The notes beneath the pieces are model-generated. The model was not told the DNA's origin. It saw nothing but the letters and a program-made list of their open reading frames with translations, and made no database searches. Made by a program: the position numbers and the translations under genes. 64,000 nucleotides of DNA from Maricaulis sp. Its GTDB lineage: Bacteria > Pseudomonadota > Alphaproteobacteria > Caulobacterales > Maricaulaceae. The DNA lies in NCBI RefSeq assembly GCF_048270265.1, contig NZ_JBLWTD010000012.1:9469-73468 (forward strand). Reading direction: 5' to 3'. Shown in pieces: positions 1-11,439 of the stretch (within the stretch, counting starts at the first letter, position 1; every line of letters starts with the position of its first letter).

Positions 1-1
1 C

Positions 2-394
2 ATCGAGGCCGCCGTGCAGCAATGGACCTTCGCACCCGGACATGCCCGCGAGGATGTGGTCATAGTCCTGGAACACAAGAACGGGATGTGGATTGCGCCC
101 TGGGAGGCAGATTGCCCCGTCCCTGCTCCGATCCCGCTGGTGCGGGTTGAGCCGCAACTGCCTTGCCTGGCGGGCGGGTGTGAAGCCGCGGACCTCGAAC
201 GAGTATTCTCGACAGAAGCCCTGGTCCGATACGATATCTTGCCCAGCGGTGAGACGCGCATCGTTGAAGCGACGGCGGACAATAGTCTTGTTGAAACGAG
301 CGTAGTGCGCGCGGTTGACCGTTGGTTCTTCCAGCCCCACCAGGCCTGCCTCGGGGCGATGGCGAGTTTTGTTTTCCAGAGCACCGACGAATGA
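2..394 (+). CDS. TonB C-terminal-like domain protein, 5'-truncated by the window edge
   Basis: The frame is open from nt 2 (IEAAVQQWTFAPG...). It ends one TonB_C-like repeat and contains a second (VRYDILPSGE...VVRAVDRWFFQP). Confidence 0.55.
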   Translation: MEAAVQQWTFAPGHAREDVVIVLEHKNGMWIAPWEADCPVPAPIPLVRVEPQLPCLAGGCEAADLERVFSTEALVRYDILPSGETRIVEATADNSLVETSVVRAVDRWFFQPHQACLGAMASFVFQSTDE

Positions 395-483
395 CGCTGC
401 GCTGACGCCAGATACTGCTCACCCCGGACGCTGGCACAGGTGTTGAATGGCAACAGCTCAGCCAGCAAGCGGCGGGGACCGGG

Positions 484-1131
484 ATGTCATTGAAGGGTGA
501 AGCGATAACGGCGGGAGCCGCGCTGGCGGTGGCGATCACCCTGGCGGTCTTTTCGGTGAATGTGACCGACAAGCTGCGGGCCGGCGGGCACTGGCCGTCG
601 GCGGCGCCCGTGGTAGCGCCCCCCGAAGCCGCCGCTCCCGATCCCATTGTGGATCACACTCCCCTCATCACCCCGGCCCAAGCGTCCATGTTCGAGACCG
701 TGCTCGATGATGAGCTGAGTTTTGGAACCCCCATACTGCCGGTATTTGCTGCCTGTCAGGGCCACATGGGCTTGCTCGATGGCGATGCCGAGTTCCGGCA
801 CTCCCGTGTCGAGGGCGTGGACTGGCTGGAATACTACGAGAGCGCGGTGCTGCCGGATGGCGGGCTGGCGATACGCGGCTTCCGGGCGCCGATGGCGACG
901 CTGACCGCAGCGGCGGACGGGGGAATCCTGGTCGTCACAACCAGCGCCTCGGGTTTTGTCGCCGGCGCCTGGCATGTCAACGCCATGGGCGAGATCGATG
1001 ATGCGATCGAGCTTGAGGCGGCGTCCGGTCTGGGAATGCCGGCCTGTCTCGATCCACACGCGGCGGCAGCGGCGCTGAACCCTGTGCTGGCCGGCGATCA
1101 CAGTGGTATCGGCGCGCGCCGGAGCGATTGA
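484..1131 (+). CDS. Hypothetical membrane-anchored/exported protein
   Basis: 215 aa ORF with an N-terminal hydrophobic segment (AALAVAITLAVFSV) and a Pro/Ala linker; no family recognised. Confidence 0.6.
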   Translation: MSLKGEAITAGAALAVAITLAVFSVNVTDKLRAGGHWPSAAPVVAPPEAAAPDPIVDHTPLITPAQASMFETVLDDELSFGTPILPVFAACQGHMGLLDGDAEFRHSRVEGVDWLEYYESAVLPDGGLAIRGFRAPMATLTAAADGGILVVTTSASGFVAGAWHVNAMGEIDDAIELEAASGLGMPACLDPHAAAAALNPVLAGDHSGIGARRSD

Positions 1132-1413
1132 GGCGGACCGCTTGTCCCCCTCGCGACCGGTTCAACTATAATCCCCGGGATTCAAAACGCCGTCAGCCCG
1201 GATTGGGCCCGGCAGCGACCCGAGGAGGACAGCATCGATTGACCGGAGCGTCACAAGGACCCAAATCCAATCCAAGCGCCTGTAAAAACAGGCACCTGGC
1301 GCGCACCACGCCGGATATTCGGGTACACCAGGGGCAGATCCGGGACATATCCGGACCAATGAAGGCCACATCCGGGGAGGCTCAAAGGGCCCTTAGGGCA
1401 ACACCTGATCCGA

Positions 1414-3876
<2,463 letters not shown>

Positions 3877-4500
3877 TCAGCGCAACAGCAGCACGACCGC
3901 AATCGCCAGCATGACGGTGCCGGTCAGCACGTCGGCACCGCGGCGCACGGAAGGTGTTTTCAGCCAGTCACGCGCCTTGTGCGCCGCGCCGATATAGGCC
4001 CCGGCCGTCGGCACGGCGAGGGCGAACATGATCAGCACCATCAGGACGTAAACCGACGGTGTGATCGCTTCGAGCGGAATGAAGGCCGGCACCAGGGTGA
4101 GATAGAAAACGATCGGTTTGGGATTGGACAACGGCATCGCCAGTCCGGCGAGATAGGTGCCGGCCCAGCCCCGTTTCGAGCCCGCCGCAAACACCGGCTT
4201 CGGGCGCGCGCCCGTCCAGGCGCTCCAATATGCCGTGCCGGCCATCCACAACAGATATCCAGCCCCGACCAGCTTGGCCACGAGCCAGACCGCGCCCAGC
4301 TGTTGCGCCGCCGCGGACAGCCCGGTCACCGCCAGCGTGAACCAGAAAATATCCCCCGTCAGAATCCCGACCCCGTACATCGCCGCATGCCACGGGCCTG
4401 CATCCAGCGTGCGCGCGACCATGGCCGCAATACCCGGGCCGGGCGTCACGAAAAGGATCAATAATGCTCCAGCGAACAGGAAAAGGTTTTCAGCGCTCAT
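3877..4500 (-). CDS. LysE/RhtB family amino acid exporter
   Basis: TPGPG motif, hydrophobic helices, LSNPKPIVFY motif; start MSAENL overlaps the TetR stop. Confidence 0.9.
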   Translation of the reverse strand: MSAENLFLFAGALLILFVTPGPGIAAMVARTLDAGPWHAAMYGVGILTGDIFWFTLAVTGLSAAAQQLGAVWLVAKLVGAGYLLWMAGTAYWSAWTGARPKPVFAAGSKRGWAGTYLAGLAMPLSNPKPIVFYLTLVPAFIPLEAITPSVYVLMVLIMFALAVPTAGAYIGAAHKARDWLKTPSVRRGADVLTGTVMLAIAVVLLLR

Positions 4501-5168
4501 GCCGGCGCCTGTACGGGTGGAGCGGTCAGATAGCCGTAAATCGCATCGGCCATCGCTGCGGTGAACTCCTCGTCGGACATGGTCAGGGCGAAGGCCGGAC
4601 CGTCCTGGGGATAGAGCGCGCGCTCGATCAGCGAGGTGTTGAGGAGATAGGTGACGATTTCCGCCGCCTCGCGCCGGCCGGAGATCGAGACCTCGTCGCC
4701 GAAATGCTCGATCAATGCCAGGGAGGATGCAACCGCCATCTCGAGAAAAGCCTCCCACTCATCACCGACCAGATCCGGTCGCAGGCGGGCATAGAGATGC
4801 GCCGCGCGGACGAGATGGGCTTCAGCGGTAAGGAACTTCCAGCCCTGCGACACCATCTGCCGCAAGGCGGTGCGCAGCCCGTCCTCCGGCTCCAGCGCCA
4901 GCTTCCCCGACGGGCTGGCGGCAAATTGCGTCACCCGCGCGGCGTAAAGTTCGAAAATGACCGGGATCAGGGCATCGCGATTTTCGAAACGGCGATAGAC
5001 GGTCCCGACCGACAGGCCGGCCTCGGCCGCCAGATCGGCGATCGAGATATCCTCGAAACTGCGCTGGCGCAGCAAATGCTCCAGCGCGGCAACCAGCTTG
5101 TCCCGCGTCAATTTCGACCGCGACTGCTTGGCCGGCCTCTCCCCTTGACTCATCTGCGCCTTGTCCAT
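4497..5168 (-). CDS. TetR/AcrR family transcriptional regulator
   Basis: HTH segment SFEDISIADLAAEAGLSVGTVYRRFENRDAL; start uncertain (5168 or 5153). Confidence 0.9.
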   Translation of the reverse strand: MDKAQMSQGERPAKQSRSKLTRDKLVAALEHLLRQRSFEDISIADLAAEAGLSVGTVYRRFENRDALIPVIFELYAARVTQFAASPSGKLALEPEDGLRTALRQMVSQGWKFLTAEAHLVRAAHLYARLRPDLVGDEWEAFLEMAVASSLALIEHFGDEVSISGRREAAEIVTYLLNTSLIERALYPQDGPAFALTMSDEEFTAAMADAIYGYLTAPPVQAPA

Positions 5169-5173
5169 TATGT

Positions 5174-5191
5174 GAATGTGAATTCGCATTC
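5174..5191. promoter_or_regulatory. Near-perfect 18-bp palindrome, candidate TetR operator
   Basis: GAATGTGAATTCGCATTC, with one mismatched pair, lies between the divergent tetR and CPBP genes. Confidence 0.6.
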
Positions 5192-5258
5192 CGCTTTATA
5201 ACATCGGACACTGATGGTCCGAACGGGTCAAGTCGCAATTTGCGAGAGGATGGGCAAG

Positions 5259-6014
5259 ATGGATTTCTCAAGTCTGGCGATCGAACACACCATCGGCATC
5301 GGCCTCATCCTGGCGCTGCTGGCGTGGAATGCGCTCACAGAAGAGGCCGGAAAAGCCGCGATCCGGGACCCGGCACAGCCAGACGCCCGCCTGCGCATCT
5401 ACAACAAGGCCATGATCTCGCTCTGGCTTCTCGCCATTGCCTGCATGGTGCTCTGGCTACGCTCGGGGACAACGCTGCCGGAGCTTGGCCTGCGCGCCGG
5501 CGGAGGCTGGCGAACCCTCCTCAGCTGGGCAATCGTCGGGGCGATCTCTGCCTATATGGTTGCCTCTCTCCTGCAGGCCCGGTTTTCCCGCACGGCGCGG
5601 ACCAGGCTGCGCGAGCAATTGAGTCAGCCCGGCGATTACGGCCTCATCCATCCGGAGACGCCGCGTGAGCACAGGCGTTTCATCTGGCTGGCCGTCACCG
5701 CCGGCATCACCGAGGAAATCCTGTTCCGCGGTTTCCTGATTGGGGTGCTGAGCCTGATTGTTCCGCTCTGGCTGGCAGCCCTTCTCGCCGCGGGCATCTT
5801 CATTCTCGGACACGCCTATCAGGGTGTGCAGGGCATGGTCGGCCTCCTGCCGATCACTGGCATTCTCACCCTCGTCTATGTTGTTGGCGATTCAATATGG
5901 CCCGCTATCGCTCTGCACATCGTCGTCGATGTGGTCGCCGGCCTGTTGTTCCGTATCAGCGATCAGTTCGCCGACGCCGATGCCGAGGCCGGGATTGCGG
6001 CGGCGAGCCCATAG
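5259..6014 (+). CDS. CPBP family intramembrane glutamic endopeptidase (Abi/CAAX type II)
   Basis: GITEEILFRG, FILGHAYQG and AIALHIVVD motifs; multi-pass membrane protein; start 5250 or 5259. Confidence 0.9.
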   Translation: MDFSSLAIEHTIGIGLILALLAWNALTEEAGKAAIRDPAQPDARLRIYNKAMISLWLLAIACMVLWLRSGTTLPELGLRAGGGWRTLLSWAIVGAISAYMVASLLQARFSRTARTRLREQLSQPGDYGLIHPETPREHRRFIWLAVTAGITEEILFRGFLIGVLSLIVPLWLAALLAAGIFILGHAYQGVQGMVGLLPITGILTLVYVVGDSIWPAIALHIVVDVVAGLLFRISDQFADADAEAGIAAASP

Positions 6015-6026
6015 AGGGCTACCCGG

Positions 6027-6758
6027 TCAGAACTTGAATTTCGGCAGCGAATGAAACGCGGTGCGCAGGGCCTCGCTCCAGCCTGAGGATATCTCGGTGT
6101 AATAGGCATCATCCTGCTCGATCCGCCGTTCCTCGCCGACCTGCAGACTGTCGATTTCATACACTTGAAGATCGAGCGGCATGCCGACCGAGAGGTTTGC
6201 TTTCAGCGTCGAGTCGAAGGACAGAATCAGCAGTTTCACCGCATCCTCGAACGACATGTCGCTGTCATAGGCGCGCAGCAGGATCGGGCGGCCATACTTG
6301 GTCTCGCCGGTCTGGAAGAAAGGCGTGTCCTCGCTCGCCTCAATGAAATTGCCTTCCGGATAGACGAGGAAAAGCCTCGGCTCCATGCCGGCAATCTGGC
6401 CACCGACAATCATCGTCGCGCCGAATTTGGTTTCCGCCTCCGGCGCCTCACCGGCATGGACGCGGACCTGTTCGCGCAGGGTCTCGCCGATCAGGGTCGC
6501 GACCTGGAACATGGTCGGGGCTTCCAGAATGCTCGGCTTGCGATCTGCGGGCACCTTGGAACGCTCGTCAAGCAGGCTGACGACCGCCTGGGTCGTCGCC
6601 AGATTGCCGGCCGTCATGATGGTGATCACCCGCTCGCCCGGTGTCGACCAAGTGAACATCTTGCGGAAGACGGAAACATTGTCGATGCCGGCATTGGTCC
6701 GCGAGTCCGACATGAAGATCAGCCCGCGATCAAGCCGCATGCCAACGCAATAGGTCAT
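6027..6758 (-). CDS. Proteasome-type protease (Anbu)
   Basis: N-terminus MTYCVG (Thr1 after Met removal), SDSRTNAGIDN, FFQTGETKYGRPIL; last gene of the canonical four-gene operon. Confidence 0.92.
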   Translation of the reverse strand: MTYCVGMRLDRGLIFMSDSRTNAGIDNVSVFRKMFTWSTPGERVITIMTAGNLATTQAVVSLLDERSKVPADRKPSILEAPTMFQVATLIGETLREQVRVHAGEAPEAETKFGATMIVGGQIAGMEPRLFLVYPEGNFIEASEDTPFFQTGETKYGRPILLRAYDSDMSFEDAVKLLILSFDSTLKANLSVGMPLDLQVYEIDSLQVGEERRIEQDDAYYTEISSGWSEALRTAFHSLPKFKF

Positions 6759-6791
6759 GGAATCACCCTCCGGAACGAGACTGCGCCAGCG

Positions 6792-7592
6792 TTACTGCTG
6801 CACTTGCAGCGACACAATCATCGATTCCGTCCCGCCACCGAAAACCACGCCGGAAACCGGTGCCGCCTCGCGATAATCAAGCCCGGTCGCAATGCGGACA
6901 TAGCGTTCATCCGGCGCGATGCAATTGGAGACATCGAAGCCAACCCAACCCAGCCCCTCGATATGCGCCTCGGCCCAGGCATGGCTCGCCTCCTGGTCGA
7001 TCCGGTCATTCATCATCAGATAGCCGCTGACATAGCGGGCCGGAAAGCCGAGCTCCCGCGCCACCGATATGAAGACCTGGGCATGGTCCTGGCAGACGCC
7101 ATAACCCATGGCGATCGATTGCTCGACCGTGGTGGCGGCATGGGTTCCAGCCGTCTGGTAGGGCATGGCACCGGCGATCAGTTGCGACAGCGCGTGCAGT
7201 TTGTCGAGCGGTTCGCGGCCATCATTGGCCAACGGTGCCAACAAGGCCGCAACGCCCGCTCCGGGACGTGTGAGCTCGGTCTGGCGCAGGAAATACCACA
7301 GCGGGGCCGGACCATTGTGCGGGCCGAGCACACCGGCGGTGTCGCGCGTCTCGACCTCGCCCTCGCAGGTGATGCTGACAAAATGGGCATCGGGGTCGAC
7401 ACTGATCAGATCCACCAGATTGAGGTGCTGATCGTGGAACATCACCTCCTCGCGCCCGCCGGCGATCCGAACCGACCAGTCGTGGACTGTCTGGGTCGAT
7501 GTGTTGACCGGCCGCAGGCGGATCTGCTGCAGCCCGTAGGGCACCGGCTCGCGATAATCATAGCGGGTATTGTGGCAAATCTTGAGACGCAT
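6792..7592 (-). CDS. Transglutaminase family protein
   Basis: Catalytic triad motifs GVCQDHA, HAWAE and GFDVSN; N-terminus MRLKICHNTRYDY. Confidence 0.92.
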   Translation of the reverse strand: MRLKICHNTRYDYREPVPYGLQQIRLRPVNTSTQTVHDWSVRIAGGREEVMFHDQHLNLVDLISVDPDAHFVSITCEGEVETRDTAGVLGPHNGPAPLWYFLRQTELTRPGAGVAALLAPLANDGREPLDKLHALSQLIAGAMPYQTAGTHAATTVEQSIAMGYGVCQDHAQVFISVARELGFPARYVSGYLMMNDRIDQEASHAWAEAHIEGLGWVGFDVSNCIAPDERYVRIATGLDYREAAPVSGVVFGGGTESMIVSLQVQQ

Positions 7593-7596
7593 TGAT

Positions 7597-8538
7597 TTAC
7601 TCGTAGAACCGGAAATCGATCTCGATCTGGGCCGCGAGCGCGTCATTGCTCTCGCGGAAATCGACCAGGAATTCATGCAGGCCCGTCTGGAAAACCTGTT
7701 CAATCGTTTGCCCGCGCAAACGGGTCATCATGGTTTCCGCCATCACCTGGCTCGGTTTCGATGCTTCGGCATCAGGACAGAGGGCGCGCAGGTTATGGGT
7801 GAATTTTTCGACGCAATAGATCAGCGAGCGCGGCATTTGCCGGTCGAGGATCAAGAAATCGGCGATGTCTCGGGGCGTGGTCTCGCCACCATGAATCCAG
7901 TTGAAGGCGCGCTCGGCCGAGGCAGAGCGAAGGATGGTCTCCCACTGCACATTGTCGAGCGAGGAGCCGACATAGGAGGTGGACGGGAGCAGGACATAAT
8001 ATTTCACGTCGAGGATGCGAGCCATATTGTCGGCGCGCTCGATGAAACTTCCCAGCCGCGCAAAGCGGAAGATATCATTGCGCAACATGGTGCCATGCAG
8101 GGCGGCGCGAACCAGCGCGCCCTGTTGCCGGATGCTGGCCAGAACATTGGGCAAGGCCGCCGCCGGCACAGGGTTTTCGAGAACCTGCTTCAACACGAGC
8201 CAGGCTCCGTTCATCGCCTCCCAGACTTCCCGCGTCAGCGCGGTGCGTACCATGCGGGCATTGTTCCGCGCCGCCTCGATCGAGGACATCACGCTTGAGG
8301 GATTGCCGGAGTCGCGCAGCAGGAAGTCCGTCACCTGCTCGGTCTCATAGCTCTCATACTGTTCGCAATAGGCCTGGGAACACCCGGCTGTGGTGACAAT
8401 CGAGGCCCATTCCGTCGCATTGGAACTGGTGCGCGTCAGCGACATACGAAAGCCGGCCTCAACCAGCCGCGCGGTATTCTCGCTGCGCTCGAGATGGCGG
8501 AACATCCAGAACAGGCCGGAGGCTGTTTTTCCAAGCAT
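7597..8538 (-). CDS. Alpha-E domain protein
   Basis: MLGKTASGLFWMFRHLERSENTAR and the second ER motif FIERADNMAR; PRSL motif. Confidence 0.92.
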   Translation of the reverse strand: MLGKTASGLFWMFRHLERSENTARLVEAGFRMSLTRTSSNATEWASIVTTAGCSQAYCEQYESYETEQVTDFLLRDSGNPSSVMSSIEAARNNARMVRTALTREVWEAMNGAWLVLKQVLENPVPAAALPNVLASIRQQGALVRAALHGTMLRNDIFRFARLGSFIERADNMARILDVKYYVLLPSTSYVGSSLDNVQWETILRSASAERAFNWIHGGETTPRDIADFLILDRQMPRSLIYCVEKFTHNLRALCPDAEASKPSQVMAETMMTRLRGQTIEQVFQTGLHEFLVDFRESNDALAAQIEIDFRFYE

Positions 8539-8540
8539 GC

Positions 8541-9986
8541 TCAGTCCTCCAGAATCCAGGTGTCTTTGGTGCCGCCGCCCTGGCTGGAATTGACGACCAG
8601 CGAGCCCGCCTTCATCGCCACGCGGGTCAGCCCGCCCGGGGTGATATCGATCCGGTCCGGAGAGACCATCACGAAGGGGCGCAGGTCGACATGGCGCGGC
8701 GCCAGACCCGAATTGGTCAGGATCGGCACAGTCGACAGGGCCAGGGTCGGTTGGGCGATATAGGCCCCTGGACGGGCCTGAAGCTTGCGCCTGAACGCCG
8801 CCAGCTCGGCCTTGCTCGCGGCCGGGCCAACCAGCATGCCATAGCCGCCCGAGCCATGGACCTCCTTGACCACCAGTTCTGCAAGATGCTCGAGCACATA
8901 GGCAAGGGCATCGGGCTCGGAACAGCGCCAGGTCGGCACATTCTTGAGAATGGCGGTCTCGCCGGTGTAGAATTCGATGATGTCCGGCATGTAGGAATAA
9001 ACCGCCTTGTCATCGGCAACCCCGGTGCCCGGCGCATTGACGATGGTGATGCCGCCGGCACGGTAGACATCCATGATCCCCGGCACACCCAGCATGGAAT
9101 CGGGCCGGAAATTCAGCGGGTCGAGATAGTCGTCATCCACCCGCCGGTAGAGCACATCGATGGGCTCATAGCCGCGCGTGGTGCGCATGGCGACGCGGCC
9201 ATTGACCACCCGGAGGTCATGACCCTCCACCAGCTCCGCACCCATCTGCTCGGCCAGGAAAGCGTGTTCGAAATAGGCCGAGTTGTGCAAACCCGGCGTC
9301 AGCACCGCGATCACCGGCCGGCCGGTGCAGGCGGGCGGCGCACTCTTGGACAGAGATCGCCGCAGAGTCATCGGATAATCGCTGACGGAGCGCACCCGGA
9401 TCCGGGAAAACAGCTCCGGGAACATGTTGAGCATGGTTTCGCGGTTTTCCAGCATGTAGGAAACGCCCGACGGGGTGCGGGCATTGTCCTCGAGCACGAA
9501 GAAATCATCCTTGCCGGTGCGCACCAGATCGACGCCGACGATGTGGGTATAGACGCCACCGGGCGGATTCACGCCGAGCATCTTGGGCAGGAAGGCATCA
9601 TTGCGGGCGATCAGGCTGGCGGGGATGCGGCCGGCGCGAATGATCTCCTGGCCATGATAGATATCGTGCAGGAAGGCGTTGATCGCGCGCACGCGCTGCT
9701 CGATCCCCTTGGTCAACCGGTTCCATTCGCGCGCCGAGATGATGCGCGGCACCAGGTCGAAGGGGATCAGGCGCTCATCGGCGGCCTCCTGGCCATAGAC
9801 ATTGAAGGTGATCCCGGTCCGGCGGAAAAACGCCTCGGCCTCGCGGGCCTTGCGACGCAAGGCCGAGCGGTCGACCGTATTCATCCAGGCGGCGTATTCG
9901 GCATAGGGCTCGTGCGGTGCACCGTTGCCATCAAGCATTTCATCGAAGAACAAGCGATGTCTCCCGGTTTCAGCACGCGCGCGCAA
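8541..9986 (-). CDS. Circularly permuted type 2 ATP-grasp protein
   Basis: FFDEML, LEDNARTPSGVSY, NAPGTGVADDK, VVNSSQGGGTKDTW; exact start uncertain. Confidence 0.92.
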   Translation of the reverse strand: MRARAETGRHRLFFDEMLDGNGAPHEPYAEYAAWMNTVDRSALRRKAREAEAFFRRTGITFNVYGQEAADERLIPFDLVPRIISAREWNRLTKGIEQRVRAINAFLHDIYHGQEIIRAGRIPASLIARNDAFLPKMLGVNPPGGVYTHIVGVDLVRTGKDDFFVLEDNARTPSGVSYMLENRETMLNMFPELFSRIRVRSVSDYPMTLRRSLSKSAPPACTGRPVIAVLTPGLHNSAYFEHAFLAEQMGAELVEGHDLRVVNGRVAMRTTRGYEPIDVLYRRVDDDYLDPLNFRPDSMLGVPGIMDVYRAGGITIVNAPGTGVADDKAVYSYMPDIIEFYTGETAILKNVPTWRCSEPDALAYVLEHLAELVVKEVHGSGGYGMLVGPAASKAELAAFRRKLQARPGAYIAQPTLALSTVPILTNSGLAPRHVDLRPFVMVSPDRIDITPGGLTRVAMKAGSLVVNSSQGGGTKDTWILED

Positions 9987-10248
9987 CGGCCCGATCGGGC
10001 CGGCGACATGCCGGATCTGACTGTGACGACGCCAATTCTTGCCGCGAAGAGGCTGACTTGCGACCGCCGGTCAAGCCGCGTTCATGGCGCGGCGTCTGGT
10101 GACGGCAAATCGGTGGCCTGCATTCCCAACGCGCTGGCTTGACGCAAACGGGGCTGATTTTTCCGGCATTTTCATACCGGTCTCCCCTCACCCCCGAGGC
10201 GTAGCAAATTACTACCGTGTCTGTTGTTTTCAGGCAAGAGCTGGCCGG

Positions 10249-11439
10249 TCAGGCAGTCCCGCCGGATTCGTCGGGGAACAGACCCGCCTCCCGCACTCGC
10301 AGGAATTGCGCCTGTCCCGCGAAGGGTTCGAACAGGACTCGCTCGACGCCCGTCAGCCAGGCCTGGGACCCGGTGGCGAGAATTTCGCGCGCCAGCCCTT
10401 CCCGGCGCGACGCATCCAGATGGGCGCAGGCCTCGTCGAAAAGAAGCAGGGGCGCGATCGAGTTCCGGGCCGCGAGAACGCGGGCCTGGGCCAGCGCCAG
10501 GGTGAGGATCAGCGCCTTCTGCTCGCCGGTCGAACAATCACCGGCTGGCTGATCCTTGTCGCGATGGCGGGTCACAAGCTCGGTGCGATGGGGGCCCCGG
10601 GTCAGGGTCCGGCCGACGGCGCCGTCACGGCCGCGCCCTTCGCGCAGAGCCTGGGCGAAATTGTCCTCGGCCTCCGAGGCCGCGGCGCCGGCCGCGAGGT
10701 CTGCCTCAACGGCGCCGTCCAGCGCCAGATCGGCCTGCGGGAAGGCGCCTTCCGGGCGGGCGTCGATTTCCGCCTGCAGCCGGATCAGGGCTTCCAGCCG
10801 CGCCGCCGCCACGGCCACACCATGGCCGGCCATCTCGGTTTCGAGCGCCGCGACCCAGGCCGGATCGGCGCGGCCATCATCGAGCAGTCTCTGCCGCCGC
10901 ACCCGGGCCTTCTCATAGGCCGTCGCAGCCTCGGCATGGGCCGGATCCGCTGCATAGACGAGACGGTCGAGAAATTTCAGACGATCGGCGCGCGGCCCGG
11001 CGAACAGCCGGTCCTGGGCCGGGGTCAGCCAGATCATCGGGACCAGTCGCGACAATTCAGCCTGCTGTACCGGGTCGCCGTCGATACGGGTTTCACGCCG
11101 TCCGCCGGCACGGGCGCCAACGCCGATCCTGAAACGGCCATCATAGGTATCGATTTCCGCGAACACGGCCCAGGCGTCCGCGGCAACGCCATCCTGCTTG
11201 CGGGCGACACCGTCAGCCCCGGCCGAACGCATGCCGCGTCCCGGAGCCAGGAATGACAGGGCCTCAAGCAGATTGGTCTTGCCCGATCCGTTCTCGCCAA
11301 ACAGGACCACTGGCCGCGCATCGACTTCCAGGTCGAGCGCGGCATAGCAACGAAAATCGGTAAGCCGCAAACGACGAACCGCCGCCGGGACAACCGGCGG
11401 CGGTGAATTCATGTCGTCTGTGCCAGCCGGTTTGCTCAC
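10249..11439 (-). CDS. recF: DNA replication/repair protein RecF
   Basis: Walker A GENGSGKTNLLEA, CSTGEQK, LLLFDE; GTG start overlaps the dnaN stop (alternative start 11412). Confidence 0.95.
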   Translation of the reverse strand: MSKPAGTDDMNSPPPVVPAAVRRLRLTDFRCYAALDLEVDARPVVLFGENGSGKTNLLEALSFLAPGRGMRSAGADGVARKQDGVAADAWAVFAEIDTYDGRFRIGVGARAGGRRETRIDGDPVQQAELSRLVPMIWLTPAQDRLFAGPRADRLKFLDRLVYAADPAHAEAATAYEKARVRRQRLLDDGRADPAWVAALETEMAGHGVAVAAARLEALIRLQAEIDARPEGAFPQADLALDGAVEADLAAGAAASEAEDNFAQALREGRGRDGAVGRTLTRGPHRTELVTRHRDKDQPAGDCSTGEQKALILTLALAQARVLAARNSIAPLLLFDEACAHLDASRREGLAREILATGSQAWLTGVERVLFEPFAGQAQFLRVREAGLFPDESGGTA

